The notes under the pieces: model-generated
Told to the model about the DNA's origin: nothing
Seen by the model: the letters and a program-made list of their open reading frames with translations, nothing else
Databases searched by the model: none
Position numbers and translations under genes: made by a program
In this document: positions 1 through 7,630 of the stretch, in pieces
Numbering within the stretch: position 1 is the stretch's first letter
Layout of the letters: each line of letters opens with the position of its first letter
Assembly (NCBI GenBank): GCA_965215195.1
Contig: CBDCDC010000002.1
Span: 1,728,001 to 1,792,000 of the forward strand
Direction of reading: 5' to 3'
Length of the DNA: 64,000 nt
From: Candidatus Latescibacterota bacterium
GTDB taxonomy: Bacteria > Latescibacterota > UBA2968 > UBA8231

Positions 1-147
1 GCCGACGGCCTTGGCGGCCGGCGCGGGGAAAGACGCACGGTGCTGCTTGAGCCAGTGCGTCCCGCATATCCGCTCTTCGGCTGCGGCCGCCAGCGGCAGC
101 GAAAGCATCCACGCGACCAAGGCCACCCGCGGGAAAAAACAGGTCAT
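1..147 (-). CDS. Secreted protein, N-terminal part (runs off the window); possible metallopeptidase precursor
   Basis: Manual translation MTCFFPRVALVAWMLSLPLAAAAEERICGTHW..: signal peptide plus CGT motif; ATG overlaps the upstream TGA (TGATG). Confidence 0.6.
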   Translation of the reverse strand, partial: MTCFFPRVALVAWMLSLPLAAAAEERICGTHWLKQHRASFPAPAAKAVG

Positions 148-752
148 CAGTAGAAATGCCGCACCAAGAAGAAAGCCGCTCCCGCCGGCCCCACCGCCAC
201 CTTGGGCGCGAAGCCGGTCTGAGCCTGGTCCGCGCTAGCCACGCGCGCCGCATGAATGGCGGCCACGAGGTGATTGACGACCACCAATCCCGTCATGTAG
301 AGCGCCTGCCGGTGCGCGTGCTGGCTCGCATTGCGCAACGCTCGGTAGCGCTGGCGCGACTCGGCGCGATCCCATTCCCAGAAGAAGTCCGCTTTTACAG
401 GATAGAGCTCGGCGTCTGGGCCATCCTCGTAGCGGGCGAACTGGTTGTGCTCCAGCCGGCTCGCGTAAAACCCCAAGTCGTCGAAATAGTCGCGCCCCTT
501 GCCCTCGGGCCGCGCACCGGCGCGTTCCGCCGCATACGCCTGGTACTGATCGCGGCGCACCTCGCCCAGCCACTCAAAACCCCAATAGCTGCCCCAAAGC
601 GCCAGCTCGGCCGCCAAGAAACCACCGCCGCCGCCTCGGGCGTATTTCTGCCCCCAACCAGGCACCAGCAAGGAGCGCCAAAACGCCCCTTGGGCCTTCC
701 CGGCCTCAGCCACGCCGGGCAGCAACAAAATCAATGCAATCCACCGCCACAT
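147..752 (-). CDS. Secreted/outer-membrane hypothetical protein (DUF5683-like)
   Basis: Start MWRWIALILL; SLLVPGWGQ and NHLVAAIHA motifs shared with the neighbouring gene. Confidence 0.7.
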   Translation of the reverse strand: MWRWIALILLLPGVAEAGKAQGAFWRSLLVPGWGQKYARGGGGGFLAAELALWGSYWGFEWLGEVRRDQYQAYAAERAGARPEGKGRDYFDDLGFYASRLEHNQFARYEDGPDAELYPVKADFFWEWDRAESRQRYRALRNASQHAHRQALYMTGLVVVNHLVAAIHAARVASADQAQTGFAPKVAVGPAGAAFFLVRHFY

Positions 753-756
753 CAGC

Positions 757-1638
757 TCAATCCAACGGCTTGTACGCCACGAGCATGGGCACCCGCTGCA
801 CGACCAACGCCAAGCGCGTCCGCCGCCGCAGGGCCGCTTCGTCGGCACCCGCAGCGCGCGCCTGCGCCACCCGCGCCGCGTCAATGGCACTGATAACGTG
901 GTTGATCAGGATGACCCCGGTTACCGTGGAGGCTCGCTTGAGAAAGCGATTGCTGTCGTCGCGTTGGTCTTCGTAGCGGAGCCGTCGCTCGGAGTGGAAA
1001 TTTTCCACCGAATCGACTTCGGTCGGCGCAACGGCATTGCCGGTACTAACCCGCACTAGATCGGTCCAACCGGATGCAAATTGGTCGTATTTGCCAATCA
1101 GCTCGTAGTATTGCTGAATCTGGCTAGACGCGCACCCGCCAAAAGCCGCACTCCCCGACTGCTGCATGGCCGGAATGTACACTTCGACGACCTCGCTACT
1201 GCAAGGCAGCGCGTGCGTGATCGACGAATTGTTCGAGATCGTCGAGCCGCGCCAAGCCAAGTAGTTGAGCGGATCCCAGTGTTCGTCGGCCACGGCCCGG
1301 AACTCTTCCTCCAAGTCGTTGCCCTTGCCCTTCCACGCCGCCCATAAGCCCACCAGCGCAGCTTCGGCCCCGAAGAAAGCCAGCCCCCGCTTCTTTGACC
1401 CCGCGTACCACTCGCCCAACCCCGGCACCAGCGCGGAAAGCAAAAACGCCCGCTTCGACGACTTGCCCTTGCGCGTCTCTGTGCGCGGCATCGGCTCGGG
1501 ATCAGCACCGCCTTCCACCGCCCGCAACCCCACCAAGAACGCCTGTCCCTCCTCGCTCAAAATACTCGGCAATCCCTCGGCCCGGACGCTGGCGGCAGTT
1601 AGCGCGGCAACCACCAGCGCGATTCCTGTCCTCGTCAT
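757..1638 (-). CDS. Secreted hypothetical protein (DUF5683-like), paralog of 147..752
   Basis: Signal peptide; SALVPGLGEWY and NHVISAIDA motifs; aaaggag RBS. Confidence 0.75.
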   Translation of the reverse strand: MTRTGIALVVAALTAASVRAEGLPSILSEEGQAFLVGLRAVEGGADPEPMPRTETRKGKSSKRAFLLSALVPGLGEWYAGSKKRGLAFFGAEAALVGLWAAWKGKGNDLEEEFRAVADEHWDPLNYLAWRGSTISNNSSITHALPCSSEVVEVYIPAMQQSGSAAFGGCASSQIQQYYELIGKYDQFASGWTDLVRVSTGNAVAPTEVDSVENFHSERRLRYEDQRDDSNRFLKRASTVTGVILINHVISAIDAARVAQARAAGADEAALRRRTRLALVVQRVPMLVAYKPLD

Positions 1639-1675
1639 GCTTACTCCTTTCTATCTCCGTTGCAATCTACAACTA

Positions 1676-2644
1676 TCACCTAAATGCCAGCACCACGTAA
1701 GGCGGACAAGCCCCTGTGCCTGTCCGGGAAGGGGGATTTCTAGTCGCCTTCGCATTAAAAGTCCAATCGCGTCGCCGCCCATCGTTCAAGCACTCCACCA
1801 AAGCCGGCGAAAGATAGAGAGATTCGACGGTCTCGCGCTTGTCGCCCAAGAGCGTGGCTTGGCTCGAGCGGCCGGCGCGAATGTGCAAGTGAGCGAGGGA
1901 AAGCGAGCGGGGAAGCGGCTTGCCGTGACTCTTTTCGCCGGTTTTCCCGTCGTAACTCGCCATGTACGAAAGTCCCCGGTCGTTCATGGCTTGCAGCGCG
2001 TCTGCGAACTCGGCATAGCTCAGCCCGCTACAATACCTGTGATCTCGCGTGAAGGACGTGCCCTGATAGGGCGGATCCAAGTAAATGAGATCTTCTTTCG
2101 CGGCCTCTGCGATCACTTCGCGGAAATCTACTGCGGAGAGCGTGGTTTTTCCGGCGAGCAGCGCGTGGACGCCGAGTATCTGGCGCTGCATGAGTATGGG
2201 CCGCATGCCCGCTCGCCGGTTGTCGGCACTTTGGTTGAACGCCCCCTCGGCACTGTACCGCACCGAGCCTTTCACGATTCGCGCCAGCAAATAGAGCAAG
2301 TGATGCGGCTGGTGGGCAGCATTGAATTTGTCGCGGATGCCGCGGAAGAAGGCCCTTTTGTCCGAGTGCTGTTCCGTCCACAGCCGCTCGTAGCGTTTGC
2401 TTAGCTCATTGGGCCGCTGCAAAATTTCTTCCCACAGCACCATCAAAGGTTCGTTCAAGTCATTGAGCCAAAATCGCTTTGCGAGTCGGTGCGCGGCCGC
2501 GGCAATAGAAAGGGCACCAGACCCGCAAAAAGGCTCGATGAGGCAATCGACATCGCGCGGAAAATGCGCGAGGATGTGCCGTGCAATACCGCGCTTACTA
2601 CCCTGATAGGGGAAGGGATGCGGAATTGCCATGCGATTCAACAT
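1676..2644 (-). CDS. Dam/D12-class N6-adenine DNA methyltransferase
   Basis: PYQGSK, EPFCGSG (motif I), YLDPPY (motif IV). Confidence 0.9.
   Translation of the reverse strand: MLNRMAIPHPFPYQGSKRGIARHILAHFPRDVDCLIEPFCGSGALSIAAAAHRLAKRFWLNDLNEPLMVLWEEILQRPNELSKRYERLWTEQHSDKRAFFRGIRDKFNAAHQPHHLLYLLARIVKGSVRYSAEGAFNQSADNRRAGMRPILMQRQILGVHALLAGKTTLSAVDFREVIAEAAKEDLIYLDPPYQGTSFTRDHRYCSGLSYAEFADALQAMNDRGLSYMASYDGKTGEKSHGKPLPRSLSLAHLHIRAGRSSQATLLGDKRETVESLYLSPALVECLNDGRRRDWTFNAKATRNPPSRTGTGACPPYVVLAFR
1696..1726 (+). repeat. Degenerate GTAG-type REP-like hairpin
   Basis: cgtaagg-cggacaagc-ccctgt-gcctgtccg imperfect stem at the end of the Dam-like gene. Confidence 0.35.
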
Positions 2645-2646
2645 CG

Positions 2647-3918
2647 CTACCGCCTCTGCATCACGACAATGCGGTTTGAATTGGTTCCGCGCTCGTTGTT
2701 GTCAACGCCCCACATGTTCGAGGTCTTGGTAAAGGTCTGTTCGTTGATTACCACGCAAACCGGTTCCCACGCCGTCTCTTGTGCAACCTCGGCGACCACG
2801 CGGTCGAGCAACAGCGATCCCCGGCGGATTTCGCCCACCTCAAATGCAAACACTCCGCCGGGGCGCGCAATCGCGGCCACGTTTTGCAACACGCCGCACA
2901 CCAGCACCTTCCACTCGGCGAGCTTGCGCGTCTGCGTGATGCGAATTGCCGTGGGATCGACGCCAGCGAACCAACAGCGCATCCAGTTGTCCTGTTTGTA
3001 GTTCACAATGTCCATGAAGGGCGGCGAGGTCACCGCGAGCGCAACCGGAGGGCCGCCGTACTCAAAGGGCGCATCGGCCGCTTGTTGAAAAAACCCCCGG
3101 CTGCGCCCCTTGGGTGCCTGCGCCTCAGCATCTCGCAAAAGCGCACGCGTCTTGCGCAGGATCAACTGCGCGACATCGCGGTACTCGGGCCGCTGGCCGC
3201 GCTGCGCGTTGATCTTGCGCTGGCTCTCAATGGACGCGGCCTGATTGGGCGGCAGCGTATAGACCGAGAAAAACCCCTTGGAATGTCCGGTCAGACGATT
3301 GATGGCCACCATCTGTATCCAGCGATCGACCTTGTCGGCGCACCCAGCGTCGCGGCGCTCGGCCAAATAGGTGCGCAGCCAACAGATCTGATTGAGCGTC
3401 CGCTCGTCAAAAAACACCTCAAAGCCTGCGGGCCGCTCCGTTGGTTCGTCCAACGCCAAGCATTCGAGCCGTGCGGCCACCTCGGGTAGGGTCGGCGGGT
3501 CCAACCGCGCCTCCACGAGAACGCGGGACAGGGGATTGACGTCGTTGCCCAGGGCATCCCGGCCGAGCAAGGCCGCTTCGAGCAACGTCGTCCCGCGCCC
3601 CATAAACGGATCGAACACCACGTCCCCGGGGTCCGTCAGCCGCTCGATGAAAAAGCGCGGCAACTGCGGCTTAAAACACGCCCGATAGGAAATCTCGTGC
3701 AGGGAGTGCGCGGCGCGCTGCTTGGACGTCCAGAACTCATTGGCGAATACCGGGATGCCATCGCGTTCTTCGACGACCGTTTCCCTGCCAAACTCCCGCC
3801 ATTGTTCAAGCTCGCATTTGAACTCGTCGAGGGTCAGACGGCGTTTGCACTCGCTAGCAGTCTGCTGATCGTGGTCGTCAAAAGGAAGACGTGCTTGCAC
3901 ACTCTCTTGCACACTCAA
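2647..3918 (-). CDS. Site-specific DNA methyltransferase, probably N4-cytosine
   Basis: DPFMGRGTT motif I followed by TSPPF motif IV. Confidence 0.85.
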   Translation of the reverse strand: MSVQESVQARLPFDDHDQQTASECKRRLTLDEFKCELEQWREFGRETVVEERDGIPVFANEFWTSKQRAAHSLHEISYRACFKPQLPRFFIERLTDPGDVVFDPFMGRGTTLLEAALLGRDALGNDVNPLSRVLVEARLDPPTLPEVAARLECLALDEPTERPAGFEVFFDERTLNQICWLRTYLAERRDAGCADKVDRWIQMVAINRLTGHSKGFFSVYTLPPNQAASIESQRKINAQRGQRPEYRDVAQLILRKTRALLRDAEAQAPKGRSRGFFQQAADAPFEYGGPPVALAVTSPPFMDIVNYKQDNWMRCWFAGVDPTAIRITQTRKLAEWKVLVCGVLQNVAAIARPGGVFAFEVGEIRRGSLLLDRVVAEVAQETAWEPVCVVINEQTFTKTSNMWGVDNNERGTNSNRIVVMQRR

Positions 3919-4394
3919 GCTCCCAACAATTTGAGCACCTTAGAGCGAGACACCTTTGTTCCGGCACCAAGCATTCCCCGCTCATACCAATAGCGAACTG
4001 TCGTCTCGGAGATCTTCCACACGCGGATCCTAGGGAATTCCACAACGTCGCTGACGATGTACCCTCTGATTTCGCGCAACTTGTGCATGAACCCCTCCTC
4101 GTCGAACTTGCGCCCCGAACCGACCATGTAACTGGGACAGAAATATACGCCCCCGCCCGTGATGGACCGCACTTCCCATTTTTGGCCATTCTCGTCGATT
4201 AAATCAAAGCCCGCACCTTCACTTGGTGAAAGAGTGCCTTTCACGATCTCGTGACAGATGCGTCGTTCAAGGATGAATGAAACGCGACGTCCGTCGGTGA
4301 AATATTCTCGTACTTCGCTTTGGGTAAGGTGCAAGGATTGGGCGACACTCTCCAAATCCCACTCCAAGACGCCTACTCGCTCAATCTCAGTCAT
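3915..4394 (-). CDS. Putative restriction endonuclease (PD-(D/E)xK-like)
   Basis: GFDLID..WEVRS motif; lower GC; overlaps the first of two MTase genes. Confidence 0.55.
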   Translation of the reverse strand: MTEIERVGVLEWDLESVAQSLHLTQSEVREYFTDGRRVSFILERRICHEIVKGTLSPSEGAGFDLIDENGQKWEVRSITGGGVYFCPSYMVGSGRKFDEEGFMHKLREIRGYIVSDVVEFPRIRVWKISETTVRYWYERGMLGAGTKVSRSKVLKLLGA

Positions 4395-4428
4395 GTAAAT
4401 TTCTCCAATCCCATACAACAGTGCGTCC

Positions 4429-7400
4429 CTACAAATACCCAAACAACACCGTAAAATAAGACTTCCACCGCCTCCTATCTTGCACCTCGTCAATCCCATA
4501 CGCCACATCCACCTGCACCCGCGTCGGCACGCTGTAATAAGAAATCAAATCCAAGCGCAACTGGCCCCCCACATCCCGCAGCGGGCCGTCGCGTCCATAC
4601 CGTTCGTTCCACTCGCCTATCGTCCGGTCCCAAGCCTTGCCCATGCTGGCGTACACCGCGCCATACACTTTGTCGAAATACAGCTGGGCAACGCGCTTGC
4701 CCATATCCGGCAGCAGGGGAAAGCGCAGCGTGGCCGTGCCCATCAGGGCCTTGCGCCCCTCAATGCTGTAAAAAGTATAGCCCTTCATAAAGTTGAGACC
4801 GCCGAGTCGGTAGTCGAAGAAATCGCCGACCCGCGTCGTGTCGGCGACCGCGTCGCTGTCGATCCAGCCGCCGTACAGCCGCAGGCCCAAGCGGGTATTG
4901 CCGGGCATGCCCATGTATTCTCTCCAATCGACGGTAAACTGGTTGTAAAAGAGCTTGATGTACTCCTCGTCGATAAAGGACGCCTGCTCGTTAAAGCCGT
5001 CGATGAAATAGTTGAACATCCGGTCGTAGCGCACGTAGAGCTGGCGGCCCATAGGGCTTATATCGCGGTCTCGCCGCCGCGCAATCAGCTCCATCCGATA
5101 GGCCAGCCCCAAGCCAAAGCCATTGAGATAGGTATAACCGAAGGGCCTTTGCCGCTGGCGCTCAAAGCCGAGGCCGCCGTCTCGGCGCGGGACAAAAGCC
5201 TCCCATTGGACGCTGGCATCGTAGCGTTCATACGTGGCCGAGGCCGTCAATTCCCCATGGCGACCCAATTTGCCGCGCACCCCTGCGTTGAGCTGGCTCA
5301 AGTTGTAGTTGATGGCGTTGACAATGCCCGCCCGCGCCGCCGAGCTATCGCCGCGCGCAGAACGCCGGCGCTGGTTAAATAGCTCTAAAAAGAAGGTGGG
5401 GCGGAATCCCTTGAACTCGTATAGGGCGAACAGATCGCGGTCGGCATTGGCCGGCGCGATGGCACCCCCGACGAATACGCTCTGGCGATTGAGCACATCG
5501 CCGGCAGTGAGGTACGCGCCCGCCTTGAAATGCCCCTCGTCCATGAACAGCCTCGGCAGGATCCCGGTCTTGAGGAAGTCAATGCCATACGCTTGGGGCG
5601 CGTCTGGCAAAGCGGGCGCAGGAGTTCCGCGCCAATTTAGCGGCACATCTTGGGAAAACCACGCCTCTTCAGCCGCAACCAGCGTCCCCTCGTCCTGCAA
5701 CTGGCGAATCTCAAAGCCGGCCGCCGTATAAGCCGCAAAGACGACCTCGCCTTCCGGGCCAATCGACGGGCTGAACGCGCCGCCGATGGTGTTGGTTATC
5801 TGCCGCAGCGCGAGCGTTTTCAAGCTGAGGGCATAGATGTTGAAAATGCCGCTGAAATCCGACGCAAAGACGATCGCCTCGCCATCCGCGCTCCAGACGG
5901 GGTCGCGGTCCGTGCCGGGCGTAGCGATTACCTGCCCAAGTTGCCCTATGGTATCACCGCCCCCCGCGTCCAACTCCACCACGGCAATGTCGCGCTGGCC
6001 CGCGCGCGCGATCGCAAACGCCAGTTTGCGTCCGTCGGGCGAAAAGCGCGGCGTGTAGATCTGGGTGCCGTCCGCGAAATGGGTCAAATAGCGCAGGTCC
6101 GTGCCGTCGGTGCGCATCATCGCCAAGTTGTTGCTAGTGCCCTTGTTTTGCACGAAGGCGATCCACTCGCCAGCCGGCGAATAGGTCGGGTACAGCGCGC
6201 GCAGCCCGCGCGTTAGCCGCTTGACGCGCGGCGTCTCCGGTGCCGTGCCGCTGACCATGGCCGGCACCAACCACAGCATATTGCGCCAAAAACTAGGGCC
6301 GGCCGCAGCCGAATCCCACTCGTAGATATCCGCCTGCCGCGAACCGTATTTGTCCGCCCGGTCAATGCGCGAAAAGAGCAGCTTGCGCCCGTCCGGCGAC
6401 CAATCCACGGTCGAAGCGGACGCCGGGAAGGCCGCGACTTCCTCCGCGCCGGTAGCGAGGTCGCGCACGATCAAACCGTGCGGGTAGTGATGCCGCTTGC
6501 GCGTTGACAGATACGCCAATTTCTCGCCGTTGGGCGCCAGCCGCGGCCGCATATTGGAAAAGCCAACATCCGCGATCGGCTCGCCCTCGCGCAGCGGCCC
6601 CAAGGCCGCTACCTGCGCCCGATAGCCCTGCCGCAGGGACGCGATCCACTCGCCGTACAGCTCGTCCGCGCTCTTGCCCAAGACCTTTTTGCACACTCCG
6701 TCAATGGCGAGGGTATGCCACTGCGATGCAGCCCGGTACAGCTCGGCGATCTTTTCTTCGCCGTACGTCTCGGCGATGTAGCGCACCAAGCCAAAGCCGT
6801 GATCGTACACGTATTCGTTGCCAAAGCCCTGCTTGCCAAAGACGCCCATCCGGTCGAAGGATAGCTGCTCGTCCGCCAGCACTAAGGAGCGGAGCACCAT
6901 GTCGCGGTTGGCATCCCAGCGGTCGTGTTGCGTCGTCGAAGTTCCGTATTGGGCCGCGCCCTCGGCCAGCCACATGGGCACCACTGTGCCCATCACCGGA
7001 TAGGAAGCCAGGACGTCTGGATAGCCGATGAGAATGTCCGGCCGGTTCTTTTCTCGCTGGTAGCCAAAGTACTGCAAGTAGAGCGCCGGGACGCGCTGTA
7101 CGCCTTTGCGCGCAGCACCCAGCGAAATGATGTGGGCAAATTCGTGGGTTATTACGTTGCGCAGCCAGTCTGAACTGCCGCGCAAGTCAAAGTCGTGGTC
7201 GAGCGATGTAGCCCAGATTTCAATGGTGTCTTGATAAAAAAAAGCCGCGCCATTGGCGTAATCGTCGTGGTCTTTGAGCACGATCCGCACCCGCCCGTCG
7301 GGCGCGTACCCATACAGCTTGGTAATGGGCGCGTACGCGGCTTCGGCAATGCGCGCCGCCCGCGCCGCCGCCCCGGCCAAGCCCTCGTGGTAGAAGATGC

Positions 7401-7530
7401 GGAAGTGCTCGGTCTCCACCACCTGCCACGCCAGCTCCGGGTGGTTTTGGGCGTGGGACGCGCTCGTCCAGCCGAGCAGCAGACAAAATGCGACAAGGCC
7501 GGCCAGCAGCAGGGTCGTCCGTTTCCTCAT
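4429..7530 (-). CDS. Outer-membrane protein: gluzincin-like peptidase domain + TolB-like PD40 propeller + BamA-like barrel
   Basis: HEFAH..EGAAQY; SPDG repeats; LGG..KGY loop; C-terminal YFTVLFGYL. Confidence 0.8.
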   Translation of the reverse strand: MRKRTTLLLAGLVAFCLLLGWTSASHAQNHPELAWQVVETEHFRIFYHEGLAGAAARAARIAEAAYAPITKLYGYAPDGRVRIVLKDHDDYANGAAFFYQDTIEIWATSLDHDFDLRGSSDWLRNVITHEFAHIISLGAARKGVQRVPALYLQYFGYQREKNRPDILIGYPDVLASYPVMGTVVPMWLAEGAAQYGTSTTQHDRWDANRDMVLRSLVLADEQLSFDRMGVFGKQGFGNEYVYDHGFGLVRYIAETYGEEKIAELYRAASQWHTLAIDGVCKKVLGKSADELYGEWIASLRQGYRAQVAALGPLREGEPIADVGFSNMRPRLAPNGEKLAYLSTRKRHHYPHGLIVRDLATGAEEVAAFPASASTVDWSPDGRKLLFSRIDRADKYGSRQADIYEWDSAAAGPSFWRNMLWLVPAMVSGTAPETPRVKRLTRGLRALYPTYSPAGEWIAFVQNKGTSNNLAMMRTDGTDLRYLTHFADGTQIYTPRFSPDGRKLAFAIARAGQRDIAVVELDAGGGDTIGQLGQVIATPGTDRDPVWSADGEAIVFASDFSGIFNIYALSLKTLALRQITNTIGGAFSPSIGPEGEVVFAAYTAAGFEIRQLQDEGTLVAAEEAWFSQDVPLNWRGTPAPALPDAPQAYGIDFLKTGILPRLFMDEGHFKAGAYLTAGDVLNRQSVFVGGAIAPANADRDLFALYEFKGFRPTFFLELFNQRRRSARGDSSAARAGIVNAINYNLSQLNAGVRGKLGRHGELTASATYERYDASVQWEAFVPRRDGGLGFERQRQRPFGYTYLNGFGLGLAYRMELIARRRDRDISPMGRQLYVRYDRMFNYFIDGFNEQASFIDEEYIKLFYNQFTVDWREYMGMPGNTRLGLRLYGGWIDSDAVADTTRVGDFFDYRLGGLNFMKGYTFYSIEGRKALMGTATLRFPLLPDMGKRVAQLYFDKVYGAVYASMGKAWDRTIGEWNERYGRDGPLRDVGGQLRLDLISYYSVPTRVQVDVAYGIDEVQDRRRWKSYFTVLFGYL

Positions 7531-7609
7531 AAGAGTCCTCCTCAGCTCAAAATAAAATGAGGCCTGTTAGTACTAAGGCGATCTCACTGCTGCAAAGGCA
7601 CTCCTCTCG
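7531..7609 (-). promoter_or_regulatory. Structured 5' leader that can sequester the SD (copy 1)
   Basis: GGAGUGCCUUUGCAGC can pair with GCUGAGGAGGACUC; near-identical to 11457..11547. Confidence 0.6.
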
Positions 7610-7630
7610 ACCAGACAAAACGCCAACCCC

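Noticed and set aside
1667-1700. Resemblance to the barrel gene 3' end (4429-4455) as an R-M insertion duplication
   Set aside because: Too gapped to distinguish from chance
7566-7580. cttagtac in the leaders matching the MITE ends
   Set aside because: 8-bp match with no paired TIR or TSD
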